From an uncultured Gammaproteobacteria bacterium (GTDB lineage Bacteria; Patescibacteriota; Microgenomatia; JALYQM01), in assembly GCA_964403585.1 (NCBI GenBank), contig CAYOFQ010000001.1:1344826-1408825 (forward strand): a stretch of DNA of 64,000 bases, read 5' to 3'. Both the position numbers and the translations under genes were made by a program. Position 1 is the stretch's first letter. Each line of letters begins with the position of its first letter. Below, one piece after another: positions 29,001-38,110 of the stretch. A model generated the notes under the pieces. The model was not told the DNA's origin. It saw only the letters and a program-made list of their open reading frames with translations, and did no database searches.

Positions 29001-29240
29001 TCCTAATATTCGAATTAATCGTTCACGCATTGCCGTTACACCGGCATCGGTAAAAGTGAGACACAAAATATTTCCTACCCCAACACCGGTCATACGCATC
29101 AGATTACCGATACGCATGGCCAGAACTTGTGTTTTACCTGTTCCTGCCCCCGCAAGAACCATCATCGGTCCATCAATATGATCAACAGCTTCACGTTGTT
29201 TTTCATTGAGCCGCTTATATAAATCATCAAAGGAAGACAT
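26025..29240 (-). CDS. UvrD/PcrA-family SF1 helicase fused to a C-terminal Cas4/AddB-type PD-(D/E)XK nuclease with 4Fe-4S cysteine cluster
   Basis: Walker A VLAGAGTGKTQVLAMR, then UvrD-like helicase motifs through ~aa 700. C-terminal nuclease has CPRMFYYQY (first Cys), GKIDMIEY, VYDFKTG, and terminal CREPFGECDYC (three Cys). 1071 aa. Confidence 0.8.
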   Translation of the reverse strand: MSSFDDLYKRLNEKQREAVDHIDGPMMVLAGAGTGKTQVLAMRIGNLMRMTGVGVGNILCLTFTDAGVTAMRERLIRILGNDGHSSKVATFHSFSNEVMSEYPEKFIKTTELLPLTDLERVRYLTRILEELPYGSPLKHVNNPVLYLNDISSRISELKREGVDPDRLDHFIHEQAVFAERTKDLFEEMMGKNAGQYTDSLLDQIGDTFVELSKTVDGSDYLYRSAGLLLARARELALLNPTKTGKVSYSKLKEEMKRFYTHVSGKIEHQKALNEVYRVYLKTLADNGRYDFEDMINNVLSLMSSDQNMRLDFQERYQYVLVDEYQDTNTAQNKLVDVFGLDVDSPNVFVVGDDDQSIFRFQGASLENVVGFTRQYQDSVKVVSLVHNYRSQPRILKVADLLISNNQFRAAVAIPDVIKALQPGLTIEERPIRIVSFDDSVSEQYWIARQILDLIHHGVEPHEIAVLAKTNNELMELVPFMKRMEIPFSLSRSENAFENVVVSQFLRLLLAIRNPYDNVNFFYLLESAAGGIPALEFLRMNKYAIEHRREALMYFDLLGDTRRLMEAGVIDTISCSALYNNILRWRDLIGILSPMEIIGEIVSSSGILEQCSSSGENELENLRALGALVNEFGRAIQSDRNATFDSLVQLAVEMLEHNLALPLGDRGTASGRVSLTTVHKSKGLEYGHVFLMNSIERKWEKGGRADRLPLPLNLFENDLGVAARQQEEEARRLFYVAVTRAKQELVISYARADGDGKKQIPTQFVTELGDDGIVKEEMGFDAQAEKEKLTMRLVGLKRPESYDAEVKAYLRERLQDYALSASHLNAYRKCPRMFYYQYFIRAPIVPDTALVVGTAAHKAVEALFESNVHGKVISSEEMVNIYQKMLERSWLVGAKYADALERGRLFLPKYYENRIGTLPKIVKIETDFSYHGICLDEIRLTGKIDMIEYTDDVSRKCIVYDFKTGDSSKAAKKVAFDEDIWRQIVFYKLLTKMSRRFGHVMERGIVEFLEPDKEGNFTTVELSVTDDDLKVVSEQIREMWAELQELKFSCREPFGECDYCKNILKVGDSEGF

Positions 29241-29282
29241 CGCAAGTTATATTAACACAGGAAGTGGTATATAAAAACAACT

Positions 29283-29753
29283 TCAGGAGGCTTCACGAAC
29301 CATCAGAACTTTTTGTTCCTTAAAACCAAGCTTTTTATATAAGTGTAATGCTTTTTCATTCGCAAAATCACAACTCAGTTCCGTATATTCAGTTCCCTGG
29401 CGCTTAAAATAGTCGAATAGTGTTTCAAGTAACCGTGTACCAATGCCTTGACCTCTATAGTCACCATCAACAAATATATTATCAACCTTACCTATACGCT
29501 CTATTTCAAGTTGCGGATTACGCAGGACAACATACCCGCTCACAAAACCAACAACCCGCCCACTCACCTCAGCTACAAAAAAAATACAACTCCGCTGGAG
29601 TAATTCGCGCACATGATCGGCCAGGACAGACTCGGTATCGCGCTTAACCTGATAATATTTTGCATACAGTTCATGATGAAGACTCAAGTTATACCATAAC
29701 CTGCCAACTTCTTCAGCATCCCGTGTTTCTATTCGACGTACAATTTCTGACAT
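29283..29753 (-). CDS. GNAT-family N-acetyltransferase
   Basis: Acetyl-CoA binding motif A (RGQGIGTRLLE). 156 aa. Confidence 0.8.
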   Translation of the reverse strand: MSEIVRRIETRDAEEVGRLWYNLSLHHELYAKYYQVKRDTESVLADHVRELLQRSCIFFVAEVSGRVVGFVSGYVVLRNPQLEIERIGKVDNIFVDGDYRGQGIGTRLLETLFDYFKRQGTEYTELSCDFANEKALHLYKKLGFKEQKVLMVREAS

Positions 29754-29819
29754 GATTACAGTAGTCTATCACCAATTACGGCTCTGGCCAACAATACATT
29801 TTTTCCCTATACTTTACTC

Positions 29820-31901
29820 ATGGATCTTCTGCCGCTGTTACATCCGCAAAGCATTGCCGTGGTCGGTGCCTCCCGTGATCCGGCCAAAATCGGCGCCCAA
29901 ATCCTGGCTAACCTGATTAAAAATAATTTTTCCGGGACAATTATTCCAATAAACCCTAAAGGAGAAGTTATTCAGGGGCACCAGTCGCTAACGTCCATTT
30001 CTGAATACAAAGAACGCCTGGACCTGACCATTATTGCCGTACCACAACCGGTAGTGGAACAAATTATTGATGAATGTATCCGGAATCAAGCCCGCTCTGT
30101 CATCATCATTACTGCTGGATTCAAAGAAGTAGGTAAAGAAGGACAGGAACACGAAGCACGTATTAAAGAAAAACTATTGCAGGCCAAAATACCAGCTTTA
30201 GGGCCAAACTGTTTAGGGCTTATCGCTCCCGGACATAATCTCAACGCCTCATTCGCAGCGCAAATGCCACAGCCCGGAAATATTATGTTTATCTCACAAT
30301 CGGGTGCTTTTGGAACCGCTGCTATTGATTGGGCATCGCATCATCATATTGGGTTCAGCTACTTCATCTCGTTAGGAAATAAAGCCGTCCTTACCGAAAA
30401 CGATTTTCTGCAAAAAGTACCTGAAAATACGAAAGTGATTTCTTTATATTTGGAAGAAATTAGCAACGGCAAAGCATTTATGGAGCAAGCCCAACGCTTG
30501 ACAGTCCGCACACCGATTCTGTTATTAAAACCGGGCAAAAGCGAGAAAGCTGCTTTAGCAGTCAAATCGCACACCGGTTCACTCACCGGCTCAGATAAGA
30601 TACTTTCTGTTGCGGCTCAGCAATCCGGTATTCTTCGTGTTGATTCAACACAGCAATTGTTCGATTTAACCAAAGCGTTCTCCAACTTACCGGAATTAAA
30701 AGGAAATCGGATAGCGGTAATAACCAATGCCGGTGGCCCGGGTATCATCACCACGGATGCACTTGAAACATCCGGACTCGAGCTTGCGCCTATTTCACCC
30801 AAAACCCAGGAAGAGTTAAGCCAACACCTGCCCCGTGAAGCCAATATCCATGACCCGATCGATCTGATTGGTGACGCCAAAGCCGATCGGTATGATCATG
30901 CCTTAAAGGCCGTGATCAACGAAGATACCGTCGATGCCTGTATAGTTATTTTAACCCCGCAATCCTCAACAGAAATTCAAAAAACAGCCGAGAGTATCAT
31001 GTCCCATGTCCAACAAACCCACAAACCGATTTTAGCTGCCTTTTTAGGGGGAACACTGGTAGCGGAAGCCACTCAAACTCTTACTGAACACAATATTCCA
31101 TGCTACACCTATCCCGAACAAGCCGTGTATGTTTTGTCACGCATGTGGGAATACCACAGACAAAAAACCCGCTACCAAACCTTACCGCCATTACAAAACA
31201 TCACGCACATTCAGGATCCTGCGCATCAGGGTCTACTGACAAAAGCTAAGCACGAAAATCGCCCAAGCTTATTACAGGACGAAGTAGAGATTTTCTTTAA
31301 GAAATCGGCAATCAGCTTTCCTCCCCGCGTTACCGTTACTTCAAGCCCAGACGCCATCCAACAAGCAAAGAAAATGGGAACACCGGTTGTGATGAAAGTA
31401 TCTTCGGAAAAAATTATTCATAAGACCGAACAAAAAGCAGTCTACTTAAACCTGCATGATGAAGCACAAATTAAAGAAGCCTATACACAACTTGCCGCGC
31501 TGCTCAAAAAAAATCCTTCTAAAAACAGCTCAATTTATGTACAAAAACAATTACCACCCGGGCTGGAAATACTGCTCGGGATGAAAAGGGATCCCACCTT
31601 TGGACCGGTAATAGTCATTGGCACCGGCGGCACCTACACTGAACTATATCAGGACACTGCTTCTAGAATCGCCCCCTTAACAAAAAACCAGGCAGAGGAA
31701 ATGCTTAAGGAAACTAAAATCTACCAGATCCTCAATGGATATCGCGGCAAAGAAGCCTTTCCACTTGATCCGGTTATACATGCCATATTAAAACTGGCCG
31801 ACCTGAGTCTTACCTACCCGGAAATATCTGAAATCGACATCAACCCGCTCATTGCTACACAATCAGGCATAATAGCCTTGGATGCGCGTATTCTCCTCTA
31901 A
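29820..31901 (+). CDS. Acetyl-CoA synthetase (ADP-forming), fused alpha/beta type (CoA-binding + CoA-ligase + ATP-grasp)
   Basis: N-terminal CoA-binding LHPQSIAVVGASRDPAKIG. Phosphohistidine-loop-like SGSLTGSD/QSGAFGTA. C-terminal ATP-grasp (VVMKVSSEKIIHKTE). 693 aa. TATACT 6 nt upstream of the ATG suggests a leaderless start. Confidence 0.75.
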   Translation: MDLLPLLHPQSIAVVGASRDPAKIGAQILANLIKNNFSGTIIPINPKGEVIQGHQSLTSISEYKERLDLTIIAVPQPVVEQIIDECIRNQARSVIIITAGFKEVGKEGQEHEARIKEKLLQAKIPALGPNCLGLIAPGHNLNASFAAQMPQPGNIMFISQSGAFGTAAIDWASHHHIGFSYFISLGNKAVLTENDFLQKVPENTKVISLYLEEISNGKAFMEQAQRLTVRTPILLLKPGKSEKAALAVKSHTGSLTGSDKILSVAAQQSGILRVDSTQQLFDLTKAFSNLPELKGNRIAVITNAGGPGIITTDALETSGLELAPISPKTQEELSQHLPREANIHDPIDLIGDAKADRYDHALKAVINEDTVDACIVILTPQSSTEIQKTAESIMSHVQQTHKPILAAFLGGTLVAEATQTLTEHNIPCYTYPEQAVYVLSRMWEYHRQKTRYQTLPPLQNITHIQDPAHQGLLTKAKHENRPSLLQDEVEIFFKKSAISFPPRVTVTSSPDAIQQAKKMGTPVVMKVSSEKIIHKTEQKAVYLNLHDEAQIKEAYTQLAALLKKNPSKNSSIYVQKQLPPGLEILLGMKRDPTFGPVIVIGTGGTYTELYQDTASRIAPLTKNQAEEMLKETKIYQILNGYRGKEAFPLDPVIHAILKLADLSLTYPEISEIDINPLIATQSGIIALDARILL

Positions 31902-31928
31902 ATGATATAATGCCTCTCATCAAATAAG

Positions 31929-32702
31929 ATGCATTACCTGGAAATGTCTACCACTATTGAAAGCTTAAGGCTCATCAACCGCACCATCGACGAACGACCA
32001 AAATTGGTCCGGGCGTTACGTCGTATCCACTACTCAGGAGAAATGATCCTGGCTGCGATACTCTTGGCCCGCTGCGGTCAGCCACTGCAAATCCCTCCCA
32101 CCACCATACCTGATCAATCCCGTCCGACAACAGCAGTTGGTACCGAAGGAACCGCACAATCACTTACCCCCATCGGCTCGACTCCCGTTAGCGAGGCAAC
32201 ACCAAACATCGAGGCAGGACGCCAGTTACTGTTTGACGGTTTTTTGGACATTGCGGATCCACAAAGATTAGGTATTACCCAAAACGACTCGGAAGTTGTC
32301 CTGGAAGCCGCCGGAGTAACCGGAATTTCCGGACCACGGTTTCGCAATATATTCAAAGATGCGATAGTCAGTGAAATCTACGACAAAGATACCGAGATTG
32401 GCCGCAGATACGGCCCGTCAATATGTCTACTAGTTGGAAAAAATCAGAAACTATGTATTAATAACCTGTATATTATTAGTGAAGATGCCCGAAGCTCCTA
32501 TGCAAACAAAACTCCACTTCCTATTGATGCCGTCCTGGGGAGTATGGGCTTAACCGCTACCCTTCCAAACTATCCAAATATTCTTCCGGATAGCAATTAC
32601 CGGTCTCCAGTCAGTGCTTTCCGGGACAACAATAAGGTACCGTTACAACAGTTGATTCCCGGATTTACACCGTTTGACACACGACAATTTCCCAGTAACT
32701 AA
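31929..32702 (+). CDS. Hypothetical protein (possible N-terminal membrane anchor)
   Basis: 257-aa ORF. No recognised motif. Confidence 0.35.
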   Translation: MHYLEMSTTIESLRLINRTIDERPKLVRALRRIHYSGEMILAAILLARCGQPLQIPPTTIPDQSRPTTAVGTEGTAQSLTPIGSTPVSEATPNIEAGRQLLFDGFLDIADPQRLGITQNDSEVVLEAAGVTGISGPRFRNIFKDAIVSEIYDKDTEIGRRYGPSICLLVGKNQKLCINNLYIISEDARSSYANKTPLPIDAVLGSMGLTATLPNYPNILPDSNYRSPVSAFRDNNKVPLQQLIPGFTPFDTRQFPSN

Positions 32703-33424
32703 AGAGAGATATCAGTATACACACTGCACGCACGCAGCTCATTCCAAACTGTAGCCGGAGTAGCTGCTACAGTCCCCTCCTTGTTTACTACTCTGCTTAA
32801 AGCCGGTCGCTTGTTTGCCCCCACCACATACGCAAACGTACGGTCAAATTTCATTAAAGCTGGTACTGTTAACGTTATCCGCTCACGATACTGGTTCTTA
32901 TCACCCACATCATATCCCACCGCCAAACGAGAAGTAGCAACCATCTCCCCATTAAAAAAGACTTCATTCTCCGGATACGGAAACATTCCTGCAGTATGGC
33001 CATCCGGCCCCATACCGAGAATACCGAGAATCAGTCCATCACCCATATGTACCTGGTCACTCTCTACGCGCACCCACTCACTGAACCAATACGCACAGTC
33101 TTCAAAAGAATGACCATGCGCCAAAACATCCAAAAAGCGTACCCCACGCTTCTCAAAGTCCGGATAACAGTCCAAAGCAGCTAAAGCACGATAATTACTC
33201 GCAGTTACATCAAACCGTTCATCTACCGGCACAAACCAGGCATCAACGTTCGTAATGCCCTCCACATTTAAGGACACATTTAGTTTCGGGAACAACTCCA
33301 GCACCGAACCACCGGAATAAAAAACCAGTAGTTTTTTACCGGCATTGTTCAAAATAGTCGAAACCAGATCATCAACTAAACTTTGCTGCACTTTTGGTAT
33401 GGAATCCTGGAATACAATCTCCAT
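32699..33424 (-). CDS. pgl: 6-phosphogluconolactonase (Pgl/DevB; NagB-RpiA-like fold)
   Basis: YSGGS, WFVPVDERF and LGMGPDGHTAGMFP match GGSTP ... DER ... LGMGEDGHTASLFP of 6PGL. 241 aa. Confidence 0.7.
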   Translation of the reverse strand: MEIVFQDSIPKVQQSLVDDLVSTILNNAGKKLLVFYSGGSVLELFPKLNVSLNVEGITNVDAWFVPVDERFDVTASNYRALAALDCYPDFEKRGVRFLDVLAHGHSFEDCAYWFSEWVRVESDQVHMGDGLILGILGMGPDGHTAGMFPYPENEVFFNGEMVATSRLAVGYDVGDKNQYRERITLTVPALMKFDRTFAYVVGANKRPALSRVVNKEGTVAATPATVWNELRACSVYTDISL

Positions 33425-33426
33425 AA

Positions 33427-35262
33427 TTAAATTTTCCCTGCACGTGCTTTATTCGTCACACGGAACTTCATGTACTGACCAAGCATTAACCGGGTTTGTG
33501 CATCCAACGCCGGAATCGTACCAAAGGTCAAAATAATGACCGGAATCAGCAGCCATTGCAAAAACGTAAATATCTTGCTGTACCAGCGCCACCCCTTAGG
33601 TCGAGGTGGAACTATTTTTTCATGCATATAGATTGTTAAGAAAAGACTAAGAAATGTAAACGTCAATATATACGACGAAAAGATTGGTAAATTCTGCGAA
33701 GCGGTTGTTTTATCAAAAGTCGGGTTAAATATCGGAATAACCATGCCACCAAACGTAACCAGCAAGGCTAAAGTTGCCCACGAGCCGTAAGACCATAAGA
33801 CAAACAGCAACTTTCCGGTCTTATCAAAGAAAGGAACGTCTTTATTTTTAAAATAGCTGGTTACAATATACGGAATATGTTCCACTCCATATGCCCAACG
33901 GCGGTACTGCAAATACTGGTTCTGAAGCGTTTTTACAAAAGTAACATCCTGTACTGCGTCAGCCGATAACGGCAAAAAGTGCGGAACAACACGGTAGTCC
34001 CCATTGAAGTGATAATACGCTTTCCAATAAAACCCGGAGTCGTCGTTAACTTTATCCGGCATCCATAAACCTAATTCCCATAACGACTGAAAGTTCATGG
34101 TTAAAGAAGCAAAATTAACGTATTTATCACTGTACGCCATTTCCGACAACTGCCAGAAAGCAGTAGATACCGCCATCACACGCATTGGCGCCGGAGTCGT
34201 CCAATAATTATTATTGTATAAAAAGACTCCTGTTAGTGAACGCTTATCACGTTCCTCTGCCGGCAATGACAGATACTTATACGTTGCTCCAGCTATAAAT
34301 TGTGGATGAATGACAAAATCTGCATCTAAAGTAGTAACCAGTACATCCTTTAAATTAACACCCATTTTATCGAACTCTAACTTGGCATTGCGCAGTGCAC
34401 TGTTACGATTGGTTGCCGGACCTTGCAGCTCCCCTTCCTGTAAACGGTTTACCGAAACAAATATGCCGCCAATTTTATCTCCATACTTCTCGCGTAAATA
34501 CTGGGCATTACGTGGACCAATCTCGGTATCCCGTTCTTCCAGACCAAGCGCTATAAATAGCCTGTCTTTCGGATAGTTAGACTCGGCTATCGCCTTAAAA
34601 TTCGGCTCTAACACTTCCAGGCTCTCTTTATACGTAGGAATAGCAAACAGATGGTAAATCCGCTTCACATCTTCAGGATAGTCCTGCTCAACTTTAGCTT
34701 TCCAGTCGATCTTTTCCGCTTCACGCATCTTGCGATACCCGATAATAACAAAAAAAGCAATTCGCATAGCTTTAAAGAACCAGTAAACATCCGCGACAAT
34801 AACCAGATAAATTAAGGCTAAAGGCAATCGCAGCGCCAGTAAAATTGGTGAGAGCAAAACAAGATAAGTAAGGAACCCGGGAAGAATTTCCAGCCCGCGA
34901 TTGATCTGCTTCTGGTACCGTTGCGCTGCCGAAAGTTCTCTATCCTGAGACAACAAAAACCCTTTATACAGAATGTGATGAACAACAATTCCCACACCAA
35001 AGGCGTAAATAAATGAGTATAAACCGGTGGAAATACTCATACCATTCACCAGTGACATAATATGCAAAACCGCACCGAGAAAAACAAATAACAACCCCGT
35101 ATAGGTATAATTATATTCTCTGATCCGCTCATGCATTTTCTCAAACAAACGGCGAACAAAAATGTCCGTTACAAAAAAACCGGACATGAAGGAGATGAAC
35201 AAAATAGCAAGGATATACATAAATGTATAGTAATTATACCAACCTTCCTTGGGAATAACCAA
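33427..35262 (-). CDS. Membrane-embedded processive family-2 glycosyltransferase (cellulose/PNAG/hyaluronan-synthase-like)
   Basis: DxD-type TLDADFVIHPQF. Processive GT2 QxxRW motif QYRRWAYG. Multiple N- and C-terminal TM helices. The true start may be the internal ATG at 35220. Confidence 0.8.
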   Translation of the reverse strand: MVIPKEGWYNYYTFMYILAILFISFMSGFFVTDIFVRRLFEKMHERIREYNYTYTGLLFVFLGAVLHIMSLVNGMSISTGLYSFIYAFGVGIVVHHILYKGFLLSQDRELSAAQRYQKQINRGLEILPGFLTYLVLLSPILLALRLPLALIYLVIVADVYWFFKAMRIAFFVIIGYRKMREAEKIDWKAKVEQDYPEDVKRIYHLFAIPTYKESLEVLEPNFKAIAESNYPKDRLFIALGLEERDTEIGPRNAQYLREKYGDKIGGIFVSVNRLQEGELQGPATNRNSALRNAKLEFDKMGVNLKDVLVTTLDADFVIHPQFIAGATYKYLSLPAEERDKRSLTGVFLYNNNYWTTPAPMRVMAVSTAFWQLSEMAYSDKYVNFASLTMNFQSLWELGLWMPDKVNDDSGFYWKAYYHFNGDYRVVPHFLPLSADAVQDVTFVKTLQNQYLQYRRWAYGVEHIPYIVTSYFKNKDVPFFDKTGKLLFVLWSYGSWATLALLVTFGGMVIPIFNPTFDKTTASQNLPIFSSYILTFTFLSLFLTIYMHEKIVPPRPKGWRWYSKIFTFLQWLLIPVIILTFGTIPALDAQTRLMLGQYMKFRVTNKARAGKI

Positions 35263-35268
35263 ATAAGC

Positions 35269-35300
35269 AAAAAGGCTATTCTTCTTAGAAGAATAGCCTT
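35269..35300 (-). terminator. Rho-independent terminator (13-bp perfect stem AAGGCTATTCTTC/GAAGAATAGCCTT, 3-nt loop) followed by U-run on the minus strand; terminates ppa
   Basis: Perfect palindrome 35272..35300. The A-run at 35269..35273 gives the U-tract on the minus strand. Lies 3' of the ppa stop (35319). Confidence 0.65.
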
Positions 35301-35318
35301 AGAGTAGCAGTCTGGAAA

Positions 35319-35837
35319 CTACTTTATTCCCTTTTTCACTTCTTCCAACGCCACATCTGCACCCTTCCAGTCACGAATCTTGATCCACTTACCCGGCTCA
35401 AGTTCTTTATAGTGCTCAAAGAAATGCTTCATTTTATTTCGCAAAGCTTCAGGAAGCTCGGAAATATCTTTATAAACACCATACACAGGATCAATTTTAG
35501 CAGTAGGTACAGCTACCAGTTTGGTATCAATTCCCTCTTCATCTTCCATATCCAACATACCAATTACTACTGAAGGAATAACTACACCCGGTACAACCGA
35601 TTTATCCGAAAGAACCAGTACATCGAGTGGATCTCCGTCATCAGCCAAAGTTCCGGGTATAAAACCATAGTTAAACGGATACGACATCGCGGTATAGAGG
35701 AATCGATCAACGAATACCACACCTGAATCTTTGTCTAATTCGTACTTAATTGACCCGCCCTGCGGAATCTCAATAAATACATTTAAAATCTTCTTCTCTT
35801 CCTTGTTCCAAGGCTTGAGTGACAAAACACCGGACAT
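35319..35837 (-). CDS. ppa: Inorganic pyrophosphatase, family I
   Basis: [27 protein letters not shown] ... [10 protein letters not shown] are classic family-I PPase signatures. 172 aa. GGGAGGT SD. Confidence 0.9.
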   Translation of the reverse strand: MSGVLSLKPWNKEEKKILNVFIEIPQGGSIKYELDKDSGVVFVDRFLYTAMSYPFNYGFIPGTLADDGDPLDVLVLSDKSVVPGVVIPSVVIGMLDMEDEEGIDTKLVAVPTAKIDPVYGVYKDISELPEALRNKMKHFFEHYKELEPGKWIKIRDWKGADVALEEVKKGIK

Positions 35838-36161
35838 AAGACCTCCCGTAAATTAGGTAATAACAAAGCGATTGTACCGATTTTAAGGCTAATTGTCGAT
35901 ACTCGACACGTGACCTATAGCACTCTCAAAAAGCCAATTTTTATGGTATAATACACCATCCTGAAGTACTGGCCAGAATATTTGAGTTCAAAACCGGTAT
36001 GCAGGATAATTGTTCTTTAACATACCGCATATATCTACATTCCTAATAGAGGTTCAGGCCACTTGCGCGTGCAAGCCGGCAACGTAATAATCCCAATTGT
36101 TACGCTCCCGGTTTGCGCGACAGCAGACAATCGAAACCTGAACTGAAAAAAAGGAAAGACC

Positions 36162-37085
36162 ATGAACCTCAACCTTCGCAGACCGGCAACGCTGCTGGCT
36201 CTGCTCATGCTCATCTTGATGGGCACCACACCACCACCCGCCCGCGCTCAAGGAGACGGCTGCTTCGACAACGGCTTCTGCATCTCAGGCCGCATCCGTG
36301 AGTTTTGGGAACAGAACGGCGGCCTGCCGGTATTTGGCTTGCCGGTCGGCCCGCAACACAGCGAAAACATCGGTGGGAAAGTCTACCAGGTGCAACAGTT
36401 CGAGCGCAACAGGCTCGAGCTGCACCCCGAGAACGCCCGCCCGTACGATGTACTTCTCGGCCGATTAGGCGCCGCAGCCTTCAATGGCGACGCCTGGATG
36501 ACCTGGCCAAAGGCGATCCCCGAGGAATCGCCACGCTATTTCGCCGAAACCGGGCACACCATCCACACGGCATTCTGGCCGACCTGGAGTAATCGCTGCT
36601 TGAGGGCCGATCCCGCCGCACAATTCCCATGCACCCGGGCTGAGAGTCTTGCACTCTTTGGCCTGCCGTTAACCGAAGCATGGACGGAGAAAGGCTCAGA
36701 TGGTAAGAGCTACCTGACCCAATGGTTCGAACGGGCGCGTTTCGAGTATCACCCCGAGAATATCGGGACTCCGTACGATGTGCTGCTGGGGCTACTCGGC
36801 TCGCAACCGACCAAGGCCATCTATCCGGCTCACTTCTCCTACGACAGATCGACATACAGCGACTACACTACTAAATTCGCCAGCAAGACCGTCGGAGGCC
36901 TTGTGTACTACATTCAAAACAACGGTGGTGCAGTTAACTACTGGAAAGAAGGCGATCTCCTAGCAACGCCAATCATCACAGGTAACGCATCCTACGAAAT
37001 CGCAGACGGGCTAATAGTATACCTCAACGACCACGATCACATCTCCATCGACATCGAGCCCGCCAAATGGGAACTTACGTTCTAG
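36162..37085 (+). CDS. Secreted repeat protein encoded in a high-GC island (signal peptide; two repeats of an FGLP ... RFEYHPEN..PYDVLLG motif, LGFP-repeat-like)
   Basis: Signal peptide MNLNLRRPATLLALLMLILMG...ARAQG. Repeats VFGLPVGPQ..QQFERNRLELHPENARPYDVLLGRLG and LFGLPLTEA..QWFERARFEYHPENIGTPYDVLLGLLG. Codon usage is shifted to GC-rich codons (CTG, GGC, CGC, CCG). The overlapping ORFs 36035..36855 are GC-driven artefacts. Confidence 0.6.
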   Translation: MNLNLRRPATLLALLMLILMGTTPPPARAQGDGCFDNGFCISGRIREFWEQNGGLPVFGLPVGPQHSENIGGKVYQVQQFERNRLELHPENARPYDVLLGRLGAAAFNGDAWMTWPKAIPEESPRYFAETGHTIHTAFWPTWSNRCLRADPAAQFPCTRAESLALFGLPLTEAWTEKGSDGKSYLTQWFERARFEYHPENIGTPYDVLLGLLGSQPTKAIYPAHFSYDRSTYSDYTTKFASKTVGGLVYYIQNNGGAVNYWKEGDLLATPIITGNASYEIADGLIVYLNDHDHISIDIEPAKWELTF

Positions 37086-37122
37086 CTTCTTGATCGGTAC
37101 GCACGTCAGTATGCAACGTAAA

Positions 37123-38106
37123 CTATTTTGCGTATTTCTTACCCAAATCAGTCAATATCCGTCCGCGTGGTGTACGCTGTAAAAATCCTTTTTGAAGTAA
37201 AAACGGTTCCAGAACATCCTCAAGTGTCCCAACATCTTCAGATAAAGCCGCGGCTAATGTCTCCAATCCTACCGGTCCGTCACCAAATTTTTTATGGATT
37301 GTCTCTAACACCCGACGGTCACTTGCGTCCATCCCGTGTTCATCTACATCCAGCATTTCCAAAGCTTTATTTACTACATTTTTATCTATATCCTTACCAC
37401 CATGTTTCACTTGCACAAAATCCCTCACTCGTTTTAACAGTCTGTTGGCAATACGAGGCGTACCTCTACTTCTTTTCGCCAACTCCTGAGCGGCTTCCAT
37501 ATCTATCACTACACCAAGTACTTCGGATGCCCGAACAATAATCTTGAAAAGTGCATTATCGCTGTAATATTCCAACCGGTGAATAATTCCAAAACGATCG
37601 CGCAGTGGCGAGGACAGTAACCCTACCCGGGTTGTCGCTCCGATAATCGTAAACTTCGGCAAATCCAGCCGTACATTTCGTGCCGAAGGCCCCTTGCCAA
37701 TCACAATATCCAACGCATAATCTTCCATTGCCGGATACAGCACTTCTTCCACTACCCTGTTCAAACGATGAATTTCATCAATAAAAAGAATATCTCCCGG
37801 CTGTAAATTAGTTAAAATCGATGCCAAGTCGCCCGCCCGCTCAATAGCCGGACCGGAAGTCACACGAATCGATACCCCCATCTCATTCGCAATGACATGG
37901 GATATCGTTGTTTTTCCAAGCCCTGGGGGTCCGTAAAACAACAAATGATCCAGTGAATCTCCACGCTGTCGCGCGGCTTCCAAAGAGATGATCAAGTTTT
38001 CTTTCATCTTCTCCTGGCCGATATACTCATCAAGTTTCTTCGGTCGAAGCGAAAGATCCAATTGTTCATCTTCGGTATTTTCAATTTTTGAAGATACTAT
38101 TGACAT
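37123..38106 (-). CDS. ruvB: Holliday junction branch-migration helicase RuvB
   Basis: Walker [13 protein letters not shown]. Walker [11 protein letters not shown]. Sensor and C-terminal winged helix. 327 aa. Confidence 0.95.
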   Translation of the reverse strand: MSIVSSKIENTEDEQLDLSLRPKKLDEYIGQEKMKENLIISLEAARQRGDSLDHLLFYGPPGLGKTTISHVIANEMGVSIRVTSGPAIERAGDLASILTNLQPGDILFIDEIHRLNRVVEEVLYPAMEDYALDIVIGKGPSARNVRLDLPKFTIIGATTRVGLLSSPLRDRFGIIHRLEYYSDNALFKIIVRASEVLGVVIDMEAAQELAKRSRGTPRIANRLLKRVRDFVQVKHGGKDIDKNVVNKALEMLDVDEHGMDASDRRVLETIHKKFGDGPVGLETLAAALSEDVGTLEDVLEPFLLQKGFLQRTPRGRILTDLGKKYAK

Positions 38107-38110
38107 AATA

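Noticed and set aside
35938-35950. Extended -10 TGGTATAAT as promoter of the high-GC gene
   Set aside because: It lies ~210 nt from the ATG at 36162 with no obvious -35. It may be a relic or unrelated, so it is mentioned only under the island finding.
36035-36855. Cluster of overlapping 60 to 125-aa ORFs on both strands (36035..36229, 36054..36251, 36113..36301, 36305..36592, 36481..36855, 36778..36963)
   Set aside because: They lie inside the high-GC island, where stop codons are rare in all frames. They overlap the well-formed 36162..37085 gene, which has a signal peptide and repeats.
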